From positions 170,438,001 to 170,502,000 of the forward strand of contig OZ038378.1 in the NCBI GenBank assembly GCA_964036045.1: a stretch of DNA of 64,000 nucleotides. Reading direction: 5' to 3'. Under the pieces are notes generated by a model. It saw only the letters and a list, made by a program, of their open reading frames with translations, ran no database searches and had not been told where the DNA came from. The translations under genes and the position numbers were made by a program. Of the stretch, positions 10,582 to 23,100 are shown piece by piece. The stretch is from Eutreptiella sp. 'Long Island Sound 2002' (Eukaryota > Protista > Euglenida). Position 1 is the first letter of the stretch; each line of letters opens with the position of its first letter.

Positions 10582-11127
10582 ATGTGGGTGCGGAAGCAAG
10601 GCGGTGATGCCGTGTGGCAACACTTTGCTACTCTGGCAGCCGCGCTCCGCTACATCAAGTCCGAAGGTGCCCCCTCAAATTTGCAGCAAGTGCAGATTGA
10701 GCGTGCGGCGAAGAATTCGAAAGCGCACAATGGTTTCGAGTTCTCGGTCGAAGCCCCCAAGGCACCACCCAAGCCCGCGCGAACGACAGCCTACACCCCA
10801 TCGGTCGCCTCGTACGTTGACGTCCTCAGCTCATCGTACTGTGCGAGCTGCCGCGGCCGGCTATGCAGGGTCACTGCTGCATGCTCCCAGTGTGAACGGG
10901 GGCTGCATGAGCAGTGCTTCGTTGTTGTGAAGGGAAACACCGGACGGGTGGAGGTGGATGAGGAGGGCGAGTCGGGAGATCATCGATGGTGTTTCACATG
11001 TGCATGTCGCGGGTGTGCCAAGCCTCTAGGGGACACTGACACTCAACAGTGCATGCGATGTAAATGCTATGTGCATGCCACGTGCATTAATGATGGTGCT
11101 TGCCTCTCCTGTGCTCGGCCCGCTTGA
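10582..11127 (+). CDS. 181-aa protein: NUMOD1-like HTH N-terminus plus two PHD-like Cys/His zinc fingers
   Basis: N-terminal WQHFATLAAALRYIK...QIERAAKNSKAHNGFEF. Fingers CxxC..CxxC..HxxC..WCxxC and CxxC..CxxC..HxxC..CxxC. ATG start and TGA stop. Confidence 0.6.
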   Translation: MWVRKQGGDAVWQHFATLAAALRYIKSEGAPSNLQQVQIERAAKNSKAHNGFEFSVEAPKAPPKPARTTAYTPSVASYVDVLSSSYCASCRGRLCRVTAACSQCERGLHEQCFVVVKGNTGRVEVDEEGESGDHRWCFTCACRGCAKPLGDTDTQQCMRCKCYVHATCINDGACLSCARPA

Positions 11128-11387
11128 CTGTCGTGAAACCCTCAGGAATGCCTCTGAGGGACTTGCAACAAGCTGGCATGCTGAGGGGTCATGCACTGCT
11201 GGTCCACAAGACGTGGGCCTCGGACTCACACAGCAGTGCAGAGTCCACATCTTCCTCTGGGTCGTCAACAGACGACTCTGGGGAGTCTTCGGAGTAGTGT
11301 GGTGAACGGGGGGGGGGGGGGCAACGGCGCACTGGGGTGGGTTTCAATTTTCCTGTTCCCTGGACCAGATTGTAAGTTTTTTCAGTG

Positions 11388-12185
11388 ATGAATTCGCTGA
11401 TGCTTCAAAGTCAACTGCAACAAGCGCTTCATCAGTGGCGGCCCGATGTGCCACCGGAAGGACAAGGAGCACTATATGAGAACGTCCGGAAGATCATCCA
11501 GAACGTGGCGCATCTGCGGCAAATCGTTGATGGGGCAAAGCGCGGAGATTTTGACCTGCCAGTGGAGATGTTCTACACCGCCACGTTGCTGAAAGTACCA
11601 AAAGGTTGTTGTGCTGCATGCCCGTACCCTGTTGCCTGTTGCCTGGTGACTGAATTCTGTGATCTGGGACGTCTAGCCTATTGCCTGTTGTCTTGGACGT
11701 CTAGCCTATTGCCTGTTGTCTGTTGACTGATTTCTGTGGTTTGGGACCTGTTGCCTGTTGCCTGGTGACTGATTTCTGTGATGTGGGCCTGCGGTCTGTA
11801 ACTGATTGCCTTATTGCCTGTCACCTGTTGCCTGATGCCTGTTGCTTGTTTCATTGCAGGAAATTTACCCCGACTGCCACCGCATTTTGGCGCGCTGCAG
11901 CTGTACCATCTGCGGCGTGGCAGCCTACCCCCGGAGCTGGATGAAGAAGCGTGCCGGTTCATTGGCCGCACACCCGGCCAATCCCAGCTCCCCGTTCCCC
12001 AACGCCAAGCCGGCACCGCGGAGAACCCGATCTCGGTGAAGGAGCAGGAGGAGGAGGAGGAGAAGGAGGAGGAGGAGGAGGAGGAGGATGGGGACGAGAG
12101 GGAGCGAAGGGAGTGGCTGCATGGGCAGCAACACGATAGTTGGAAGGTGAGGGAGATGGAGGGCAGCGAGTGGCCCCCATTGTAA
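11388..12185 (+). CDS. 2-exon hypothetical protein (180 aa) with a poly-Glu tract, inside the hAT-like element
   Basis: Exons 11388-11604 and 11860-12185 join in phase 1 across a GT-AG intron filled with CCTGTTG tandem repeats. Confidence 0.5.
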
Positions 12186-13659
12186 GCACTTGTGCATGTG
12201 CATGGGCATGAGCATGGGCATGCTATGTGGCGGCATGTATACATGCATCAACGCAAATCTAAACTAATGTTAACCCAATGTGTGTAGCTTGATCTTTCCA
12301 CCCTCATCTCTAACCCACACACTCGAAACCAACAACATACAACCAAAACTAACGTATGTACCCCCCCCCCCCAACCCCCCCCACACTTGTACGGCGCTAA
12401 AAGAGGGGCAGTGGGGGAAAAACATTATGTCTTTAGAAGTGAAGAGATACGGAGGCCCGCGTAAAAGATTTTAAAAAAACCCGCACAAGGTCCAAAAAGA
12501 AAAAAACTGTATGGACCGAATGGTTGACGCAATGGGGCAGTTCGGCAAAAAAAAATTTTGCAAGGTCCCCAAAAAAGAAAAAAAAGCGGCCGAACAAAAA
12601 GGAGTCAAAAAAAAGGTGGAGAAGACTCCAACGTCAACCAAGCGCCAAGTGTGCATGCTCCTTTCCTTACCCTCACCCAACAACCTCTTGCCCTTTCCGT
12701 TGTTTGCAATGCGCCAGAAAATCAGTTGTGTTTTTGAGGGAGGGAACACGTTTTTGACCCGAGCCCGGGTCCATGGTGCAATCCCCAACCCCATACCCCC
12801 CCCCCCCCCAACCCCCGGCAGTCCATGGGCAAACCCACCAAAAAAAACCCTGGCTGTCGGTATATATAAGTATGTATTCACACACATTCTTTTCTAATCC
12901 AAACACCAAACCAATCATTGAAACGGTGGGAAAACGCCACTTCGGTTCACAAGGCCGAAGCAACCAACCTTCAAAACATTGAGCTTCTCTGTTTTGAGGT
13001 TTTGATGTTGGTTGAGCTGTTGAGTGACACTGTCCGTTCTACTAATTTACACCATTTCTTGGGAATTTACGCCACTTTTCTTGGGAATTTACGCCACTTT
13101 TCTTGGGAATTTACGCCATTTGGGGAAAAATTTACACCCATTTACACCACCTGGTGGCCGGGGGCCGAAACAAGTGTAAACCCCCGTAAATTACCGGCTT
13201 GGCGATACATACAGAACAGTAATGGGTCTATTGTTATTCCCATAGGGATCCTGAATGGCTCATTTGTATTCCTTTGATGTCCCAAGCATTGTGAACAAAC
13301 AATGGCCATAGCGTGGAGCCACTGCTTGTTCTAAAAAGGAATACCCCTTGATTGACCCTGGCAATTGCAGACCATTGGGCCCACTAGTACTGAGCCATGC
13401 CCCCCACCCCCCAACCCTTTTCCACACAGAAGTATCCACGCATGTGTTGCACACCAACGTATTGCACATTTTTCTGGTTCTCAGAAACTTGTGTTGTTGT
13501 CCATTTGAACCATGGAGGTACCACCTTGTGTGCAAATGTGTTCACTAGACGAAGGAACCCATAATGCCGCTGCGACTCTTTTGCCGGCCATGTGAGCCAT
13601 TTCTCCCAGTGTTGTATGCTTGGCATCATTTTGGGATGAGGATAGCCATGTTTGTGGAA

Positions 13660-14425
13660 AGCCAATATTGAGTTTGTCCCCTGCTCTGCAGCGTCGGGGA
13701 CCCACGAGACAGCAGGGTTATGTAGCCAATCCGCCCAATGGTGGGCCACTGTTGCTTTTGTCCCCCGCTATAAAGCATTGGGGACCCCGCAAGATGGCAG
13801 GGGTTATGTAGCCAATCTTACCAGTTGTGGGCCACTGCTTATTTTTTCCACCACTCCAAAGCATAGGGGACCCCCTAGGACGGCAGAGGTTGTGTAGCCA
13901 ATCCGCCAACTTTTGGGCCACAGCTGATTTTGTCCCGCGCTGAAGCATTGGGGGGGGGGGGGGGGCAGATGGCACGGGTTACATCGCTGTGCTTCATTCC
14001 CCAACGTGGGTCCCCTACGCTTCAGAGCGGGGTCAAAATCAGTAGTGCCCCACAACTGGGCAGATTGGCTGCGTAACCCGCGCTGGTTGGGGGGTCCCCA
14101 ACGCTTCAGAGCGGGAGACCAAATGAGCAATGGCTCACAAGTGGCAAGATTGGAAACATAACCCCTACCATCTCATGTGTACCCTACGCTTCATAGCGGG
14201 GGACAAACTCGGTATTGGCCCGCAATTGGGCCCATTGGCTACATAATCCCTACCGTCTCGTGGGCCACCAACGCTTTAGAGCACGGGACAAAATCAGCAG
14301 CGCCCGACAAGTGGGCAGATTGGCTCCAGAACCCTTGCCGTCTTGGGGGGTCCCCAACGCTTCATAGCATGGGACAAAATCAGCAATGGCGCACAAGTGG
14401 GCATATTGGCTACATGACCCCTGCG
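13660..14425. repeat. ~85-86-bp satellite, ~3 units in one orientation followed by ~5 in the opposite orientation
   Basis: A GGGTTATGTAGCCAATC-like motif at 13715, 13801 and 13887; its reverse-complement form at 14063, 14148, 14233, 14318 and 14404. Confidence 0.9.
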
Positions 14426-14432
14426 ATCTAAA

Positions 14433-14795
14433 TTACCTTTTGGGGACATGGATGGAGAGACTCACGGGGTATTGGCCACGCAAGGCATTGGCATTTGGCA
14501 CACCAACTAGCAGTGCTCCTGCGCACTTCCAATCGGCAGGGCTGCCATCGGCCCCTGGGCTTGTTGCAACCTCATCCTCCCCTTCAATCTCTCTAGGAGG
14601 GGGCGCATCATCATCGGCGGGCGGTGCAGGTGCAGCAGCAGCGGAGAAGAACTGTGTCATTGGCAACTGGCGCTTTGCCTTCAATGGCGGAGCTATAGTA
14701 GCCTTGTGTTTCTTGCCCTGGCAATGGGTGGCAAATTGTTGTGTGTCCGCTCCCCACAAATGCAATTCCAAACATTCGCAGTGCGGATTGCCCAT
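14433..14795 (-). pseudogene. Fragment of a zinc-finger protein (U1/matrin-type C2H2-like), probably a transposase N-terminus remnant
   Basis: HCECLELHL..QQFATHCQGKKHKA followed by KRQLPMTQFF; the ORF is truncated by the satellite. Confidence 0.35.
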
Positions 14796-16242
14796 GCACC
14801 ATCTAGTGAGGAAGAAAGCAAGTGAGTTGACATTTGCTGGGATCTAAAGTGGAAAGGAAGATGGGAGTCTGGGGGCTTGGGATGCTAACCTTGGGTCCGT
14901 ACACTTCATGACCTATGCACAATGCATACATCCTGTGAGAGGAAAGCAAGGAGCACAATGGGACAAGGGCACGAGCATTGGCAGATTTTTGGGGAAGAAC
15001 AAATCATCACATGCAATATGCAATGTGCACAGAGGTGATCCAAGTACATTAACTAATTTGGTGCAACCACTACCAAAATTGTACAATTTGTTGTCCAAGA
15101 GAAAAACATTTCCAAATGATACAATTTTAGTGCGATAGTTTTTTTTCGCGGCCAACCCCTGGAGGGGGGAGGGGGTACTAAAATTTTTTCTAGGCGCGAA
15201 GTTTTTTACCACCCCTCCCCCTTGGTCACCAGAGGCCTTTGGATGATGCCTGGTCCCCTTGGTCACCAGAGGCCTTTGGATGATGCCTGGTGTTTCTTTC
15301 TGCCTTGCAGGGGGATTTTTGGGGGGTAGTAGTAGGCCCGATGGATTGCCCAGTGTGCAATACCAACCCAAAGATTATGCATACCATGGCAAACATAATA
15401 GAATTGAAGAAACAATGCCTGAACACATGGGCGTGGTCCTCAACCTTTGAGGGGACAAAACTTCCTCCCAAGAGAAGGTTCATTGGAGATACGTTGATAG
15501 TATGGGGACAGTTTCCATGAACCCCCCTTGCACCGGGGTGGCACCGGTTGGTGAATCCGGGGAGAAATTGCTGTGTGCGGAGGTAGCACAATTAGCAGTA
15601 GCAGCGGCAGTAGTTCAGTCAGCACTACAAGTAGCAGTACCAGCATCAACAACAGTAGCAGCGGTAGCAGCAGAAACCTAGCCTAAAAGAAGGCACCTGC
15701 AAAGAAGGGCACCAAGCAAGCAGCACCTTCGGAGGGCAGCGACAGCGAATACGATAGCCAGACCCCAGCCAAAAAGCAGCCAATTAGCAGCCAGCGCCAG
15801 AAGCGGCCAACAGCTTCCCAAGGTGGGAAGGCCAAGAAAGCCGTCGCTACTGGGGTGACAACAAGCAAGGCAACTTGAAACGCCAAACGACTCGAAACGC
15901 GAAACGTTGCAGCATGCGAAGCGAAATGACTACATGATAGAAATGGGCACCCTATCATGTAGTGGGTCAGGCAACACACACAATGCCCATTTGCAAGCTT
16001 GTTGCATGGTGGGGGCGGGGGGGACGAAAAATGTGCAACACGGTGCTTCTGACGCGAGCGGTGCATTTTTTTTGATTTTGCAAATTATCCTTTTTCTCTC
16101 TCCTCATAAGAATTGTACCATGTTCCTCAGAAGGCAAACACAACCCAAAACAAACATCGTGTTTGGTTTATGGGCACATATTTTGGTTGCGATGTGCGTG
16201 CAAAAATCACGGAGTGCCGTGGCACACACATCCACATACACA

Positions 16243-16245
<3 letters not shown>

Positions 16246-16298
<53 letters not shown>
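16246..16298. repeat. (CA)n microsatellite
   Basis: Direct reading. Confidence 0.95.
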
Positions 16299-16299
<1 letters not shown>

Positions 16300-17188
16300 C
16301 CATGGTACAACCAAGTACTTAGCCATTGTGTGACATGTTTTTGCTTGATCCATGGGGTATGGGGAAAGAAGTAGTATTGGGGCTTCTGACCGAGGGAGCA
16401 ACGCCCCTCCTCCTTAACCATGGTTGAAGGGTGAGGCTTCCCCACCGCACTTTGCACGTTGAGCTGGGGCCGTAGTCTTCACATTGATCGAGTGATGGTG
16501 TCAAAAGATCAACGTGCACCGTTTGTCAGTTGTCATGTTTGCTTTCTATATGATAAACTGACCATTCAGCTAGAAACATCCACATCTCATGGAAATTTTG
16601 GATATATGTGTAAGGAAAAAATTTTCGTACCCCCCCTCCCTCCCGGGGGTTGCCTGCGAAAATAACACTGTATGCCGTAACAAAGAATTTTTTTTCCGCC
16701 CCCCCCCCCCCCGTCTAACGACCATCCACAAGCATTTGAGAACACCCGCCATAGTGGTTTGCAGTGAGCCTATCTTCACCGGGTAAAATCTCCAGAAACA
16801 TCAGAAAGGTGCCGCACCATTCACGCACCATGCGACAACACCCTCTTGGAGGCCTCCGGATGACCCATGATTGGTGGAACCTCTAGCCATGTAGGGTACT
16901 TAGGTGATGATGAAAATTCTCCATGTAGACCCTTCCTTTCAGGGGCCTGCACCTTGGCAAGTTGAAGCGGAGGGGATTGAGAAGGGGTGTCACAGGCCAT
17001 TGAGCCTCTGCCTGGCCCACAAAAGCCTCTTCTTTGGGGTGCGGTATGGGCAGTCCATGCTGCACTGCCTCACTGTCCTGACCCTCCTTCTCCATTTGGT
17101 TGTACGTCTAGCCCTGCGGCTCCTTTTCAGGCTTATACCCACCACTCTTTTTTAGTCAATGATTCAACAATTGTTGGCCGATAGCACA

Positions 17189-20100
17189 ATGAGTTTTTTA
17201 TTTCCGAACCGCATGAAGACAGATGTCATCGACGTGGACCAGGTGGACCTGAACACCGGGGGGGACGAACCTGTTGCACTCAAACAACAAGAGCCTGCGG
17301 ACCGCTCGGACCCGGGGATGGCCTCAGACCATGACGAAGTCCAGCTCCGTCAACGTTCTGCCAGCGGCGCGCAGCTGCGCTCTCTCACCCCCTCCCCCGC
17401 AAGGCTCAGCTCCGGCAAGGCCGCGGCCAATGCTCCACAGACCCCCAGCGGGTCATCCCCTAACCCACTGGCACAGTACACCACGCCCTCAACGGACCGG
17501 CGGCTGTCGTTTGTAAGTGCCGCTCCGGAGCCGGACCCTTTGGAGGTGCACGCTGCGGCATCCTCTTCGGCGGTGTCCCAGACTTCGCTACTTCCGCCCG
17601 TGGACGGCCCTCATGTCCCTCCCCCAGCCCCCAGTCCCCCAAGGGCGGCTGGGCCCCTGGGGATGGCCCAGCTGCCCTTGCCAGCCCACCTGTTCTCCCC
17701 CGTCCAGACCGACAAGCTCCCCCCCTTGGCACGCTCTGCCACTCTGCTCCCCACACGCCCTTGCGCTTCGCAGGAGGCGCCTGAGGCCCGCATGACCACG
17801 CCTCCTGCATCACGGCCCTCCGCCATGGGGCAGCCCCAGCTGGTGCTGTTCCCTGGCCAGGCCGTGGGCGCCACGCCCCCTTTCGACGTCCCCTCCAGCC
17901 GCGCTGCAGGCGTCACGGCCTTCCCCTGCGCCTCATCCCCCTCTTTCCCATGGCCACTCCCTCCGCCCTTCCCCATCCCCTTCACGTTCTGTGCTGAGTC
18001 ATTTCTCAATCGCAGTGTTAATAATGACAACCCTGAGGTGTGTGGGGAGTCTGTGTGTGTGGGGAGTTGGATGTTGGTGGAGGGGGGGGGGGTAGTGGGC
18101 TGCGAGTTTGTGCCTGCAGTGTGTTGGGAGGGTTTTTGTGGAGGAACACCGTGTGTGAGGAGTGTATGTGCGGGAACTGTGTGTGTCCGAGTTTGCAGGG
18201 TTGGTGATACGAGTTTTTTTTTTATTTTGTCAGGGGGAGTATATTTGGGGGCTTGGGGCAGTTAGGCGCTAGGGTCATCATAGGCGCTCTGAACCATGTG
18301 TTGGGAGTGTGTGTATATTAGGTGTGTTTGGGGAGTGTGTGTGCAGAGTTGACACTGGAAGTGGGGGGGGCGGTGGGAATGGGGATGTGAGGATAGTTTG
18401 TGGGAAAAGTGTTCTGTGGATTTTGTGTCAGGAGTATTTGCGGAGTGCAGTTTGGAGTGTGCATGTGTTGAGGGTGGGGGTTAAATGTGTGTGTAATCCC
18501 GACACAGAATCTGTGCACACATTTGCCACCTGCACCCCCCAACACACACTCTCTGAGTGTTGGGAATGTGTGCAGATTGTGTGTCAGGAGTGTGTACAGA
18601 GTGTGTGACGGGTGTGTGTGTGCCATTTCGCAAGAAGATTTCTCACATCATTATAGACAAAATATGGAAATGAGGTGCACTGTCTTCCAGGGGTCAGCAT
18701 GAAAGGTGCAGAAGATGCAAGCGCAGCCTGATGACTTGGCCAGCCCCAATCAACCGCCACACGTTTAAGCAACTAGCACGTCTTTTAAGGATTTCAAATG
18801 TTCATCTCTTTGGACGGCACTGTGTGGTGATGTTTGCAGGTTGCAACGCAGATGGTGAACCCCGGCCAACACCAGCAGCTTCATGACATTTTCCAGAAAG
18901 AGCAGGCAATCCAGCGTAAAGAGGAGGTATGGAAGCCTCCCCCTCATTGACTCATGAAGGAGCCCTCTTCCAACAACAGAGCCACAGTTGATTGTGGTAC
19001 GTGGGCAGGACATGCTCTCACAACATGCTCCTCAGGGACTGTGTCGCATGTCACACATGTCACTTGGGGTGCTGTTTCACTGTCTAGCCTAAAGATGCTC
19101 TGGACTCTGTACTGCCACTGTCCTCCCTCCCGATGTTTACCCATGTTGACGTGTTTCTGGCAACTGCCGACATTGGTTGCTGTTTGTGCATTTGTTTTGT
19201 CCTGGATGTGAAGTAACACTAGAAGTGTTTGATGCAGGCCGTTGCTGGGTGAACCCCCCCTCCTGCATGCTCCAGGCTCCATGATTGGGTCCAGAGAAGT
19301 CACCAACGCTCACTAAAAGTACTGCAAACATCAGTTCTGTCTAGAGATTCGCATTACACCGCGAAACAAGAAGCATTTCAACAGATGGATAGCTGTTGCA
19401 TGGTTCAGGGTGGAACTACATGACAACGAAGAAGGCCTATGCAAATCCTGAAATTGGTGCGATTACAAATGTACCGATCCGTAAATATTCACTGTTCATT
19501 ATGTTCCATCAAGCACTATCCAAGCAGGGCCACTGCTTCTGCTGTTGTGGCCAAACAACAGACACGGAAGATGCCTGATGTGTGTTTGAAGAGAGCGAGA
19601 CTGTAATGATGGGACTGGGGATCAGGAGCACCGTGCTTGTGTTGACCTCTATTTGGAGAAGGATCTGAAGTTTGGATGCACCTTGATGAAGTGAATGGTC
19701 GGTCTGGGAATGAGACAGGCATTGCAGTTCTGAGACACCTGACGCAAGAAGCAGTGCAAACGTGGGCACTCTTGGGATTCTGGGGAAAGGATTGATGTGC
19801 ACAGCAGTCTGGGAAAGAAAATCAGGACACAGTGCTTGGGAGTGCAGAGTTGCATAACAGCAAGTGAATGTGTTGGCATGGAGGAGCACCGCAGCTTTTT
19901 CACTGCATGAGTCAAAGGGATTTTCACAATTGGTGCATAATCAAATGCTTTGTTTCTGAAGACGCAATTTTTTTGCGGCATAATTTGCTGAATCACATTA
20001 TTCCCCGGATACTTTTTCCACCACTTTCCCGCAGTGCACCAGGGTTCCTCGTGCACATCCTGGACCCCTGAGATAGTTACCCTGGAGCACTATTGTGTGT

Positions 20101-23100
20101 GTTGCCCAGTCCTGGGGCCCTTGAGGGCGCGTGCGCGGTGTATTTGCCCGGCTCAGATCCGTAGACCGCACGCACACATCACGTTACCTAACCTGCCTTA
20201 GCCAAGAATCGTAACGCCACATTCTGACCGGGAGAACGCGTTGCAATGGCAGCGGTGGTTGCCTTTTGTGGCAGTCTTCAGCACACCTCCAATGTTCATA
20301 GTACTGCTATAGGTATATCTGGTGGTGCAAGGGGGTTCTCGTGATGGCCTTGCGGAAGACGGTTTTGTTGTGGGAGTTTAGCAACCTGTCAGTATTTTCG
20401 CTACAGGGAGAGTACAAGTAGTGCAAGTAGGAAATAGCGATTGGTACCCAAACTGAGAAAAAACATTTTTTTTCTGTTTGAAATGTTTTTTTTTCTCAGT
20501 TTTGAGAGTGAGCACTCAAAAAAAAAGTTATTTAAATCAGTTTTGAAACTGAGCAGAAAAAAACCCTGCCAAAGACACAAGCCAGGCCTCATCTACAAGT
20601 GTGAGTTTTGTGATTTCACATGAAGCACATATTTGCCACCCCTCGGAAAATGCCAAAAAAGCACATCCATGCAGGATGGTTTGGCCTTGGTGAGTCACTA
20701 CTGTCAAGAGTGGTTGGGAAATATCCCGGGGGCACTATGCTCTCGAACGAAAACACTATTTTCTACCAGAGAAGAAATGAAGTAAAACTGAGTAAAAATC
20801 TCGAAAAACTGCTGAGTAAAAAATCTTTCGAACTGACTTTTACTTCATTTTTACTCAGTCTTGCTTCATTTCTTATTAAGTCTTTCCAAGCACCCAAAGT
20901 GGGGTAACACAGCTTTTTTCGTGACATGCGGGGCAGCCATCAATGTGCAACCCCCTTGTTCCGTGCAGGAGCTCAAAAAGAAGGAGAAGGATTTGGACCG
21001 GCGAGAGCTGGCACTGCACACGAAAGAGCTGGTGACAGGTGTTCCCCTGCCCTTGTCTTTGACAGCAGCCTCTGTTGGCAGGAAGTTGAATTGAAGGTAA
21101 AATTGATCAGCCAGGGAGATGGGCCACAGACTTGCTCCATTCCCCACAATCCCAAAGTCGATTCCGGTGCTGCTGAAGGTCTGCCCTGGTAGTGATTTTG
21201 GTTTCAGCCAAGGCCCCAAGACGAGTGTGCGCGAGCAAGGGAGTGCAATTGCAACCTGGGCACCTGGGTAGCGATGCCAGTACTGTGTCCGCCCCGTTCC
21301 ACCACAGTAGACCACCCACCCACAATAGGCATGCGTGCACCTGCCAGACATGTACAGGTCTAATTTGTCACAGAGTACCTATCTGACCCATTCCTAGTGT
21401 GATTGGGATGTATCTGTGGGTTTTTTTTGCTTGCGAAATCCTGAATATAGTATACGCAAAGCCTGATTTTTAGGCGTAAAAGGCCGTTCTTCATTCACTG
21501 TGACCCTCCATGAAAATCTGAATTGGAAGGAATACTTGTGTCCGTTTTAGTGTGCCGATCAAATTGAACCAGTCACATGCCAAAAGGTCGGACGGGTACG
21601 GAGTGTGGCATGCAGCTTGACGATAGCCATTCCAGCACAGGGTGGGAGATACCTGTTTGGGGTGGTATGGGTATGCTGGCGTGATTTGTTGAGTGGGTTG
21701 GTGATGTATATGTGACCTGCTGTGTGACTTGCGTGACTTGTTGTGGGTGGTATGGGTCCATGTGTCTTATGGGTGCGTGCCTCTAGTGGGTGGTTGTGCC
21801 CATCGCTTGGTCAGGGAACGCCAACACTGCGGTGTTGTCTAGCACGATGTGGAGCCCTTTGGGAACATATGGGGTGCGCATTGGGCTTTTTGGAGGCTGG
21901 AAGTGGCTGTGGGCGGGGTCATCTGGCGATCACTTTCCGAGCATGCACGCATGAAGTGTTGTGTGTGGATGTGTGCATGCCGTGACAGACATGTACATTC
22001 GGTGACCGCATTCGGCAATGGTCAGATCGAGGGGCACGGCAAGGAGCAGAGGGAAGTACGGGAGTCTGGACCAGAAACTGGGAGACTCAGGGGCGGTCGC
22101 AGAGCGACTTGTGGTCAGTGCTGTTCACATTGGGGCATAGGCAGGCCTGGGCCAGTCCCAGTGCAGCAATGGCATTGTGCTCGTGTGACCTGCGAATGGC
22201 CTCATTTTCAGGCGCAGGTGGCACTGAGCGTGCAAGCAGTGCCACTGCTGGTGTCGAACGCTCCATGCTAACGGTCCTGACCCCTGCACTTGATGCACTG
22301 CGGCAGTTCAAGGATCCTGTGGTTGGCGCTTTGTGCACCACGATCAAAACCTTGGGCAATCGTTGTGATGTTCTGATTTCTGGTGTGTCCTGGACTTTCA
22401 ATTGCCCCCATGACCTCACAGCCCTCAGGCTCTCTCCGTATCCTTGCGACTGTCCTGCGTGCATGCATCTGCAGTGTACATACACACAATTGCCCCCAAC
22501 CTTCTCCCTGCACACTAACCCCCACATACTCCCCACACGCCCTCCCCATTTTGACCTTCTGCTTCATGCGTTTTCCAAGATTTCTTTTTGATTTGCAGAC
22601 ACATGGATATACGCACGTGCAATGGACGCATTAGGTTCAATACATGTGCAGCCTAGCCATCTCTCCCTCTGTGCGCTCAGCCCAACGGTTGTGCTGTATC
22701 CGCCTTTGCAATTAGTGATTTCAAAGAGGGGTTCCTTCAGAAGTGGGTTTTTGCTGCAACATGGTGGCATGATCGCCGGTCCGTTGGCTCTTTTCACCGG
22801 GATACAATTGGGCCCACAACACCAGCGTGCAACCCCTGCCACCGGACATGTCTGCCTCTGCCCCTCAGGGCACACTGGTGTCAGCACATGCTCACTGTCG
22901 TGGGTTGAAATGGGAGGGGGAGACTGCTTCGGCCTGATGGCATTTTGCATGACTGCGTTTGGCACCGACCCGCGCCTGCAACCACCATTTTGAACGCATC
23001 CACCCCACGATCACGAAATTACCTCAAATACGAACAAACTCCTGGCGGAATGCGTTTTGAATTCCAAACCGCGAACCATTGTTACGAAGACCAGCATTGT

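Larger units (their letters stand above)
9876..13201. mobile_element. Non-autonomous hAT-like DNA transposon with cargo ORFs
   Basis: 11-bp TIR CAAGCCGGTAA (9876-9886) / TTACCGGCTTG (13191-13201). Exact 8-bp TSD GCGATACA (9868-9875 and 13202-13209). Inverted subterminal arrays of GTAAATT/AATTTAC, including GAAAAGTGGCGTAAATTCCC and its reverse complement. Confidence 0.85.

Noticed and set aside
13045-13135. Tandem GGGAATTTACGCCACTTTTCTT as CRISPR or iterons
   Set aside because: There are no unique spacers; the repeats are explained as subterminal repeats of the TSD-flanked element.
20404-20568. CAGGG...CCCTG mini-hAT
   Set aside because: The flanks (TTTCGCTA vs CCAAAGAC) give no TSD.
18660-21400. 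Assignable transposase or gene in scattered ORF fragments
   Set aside because: The pieces are protein-like but have many stops and no diagnostic motif; the same applies to 30000-32400.
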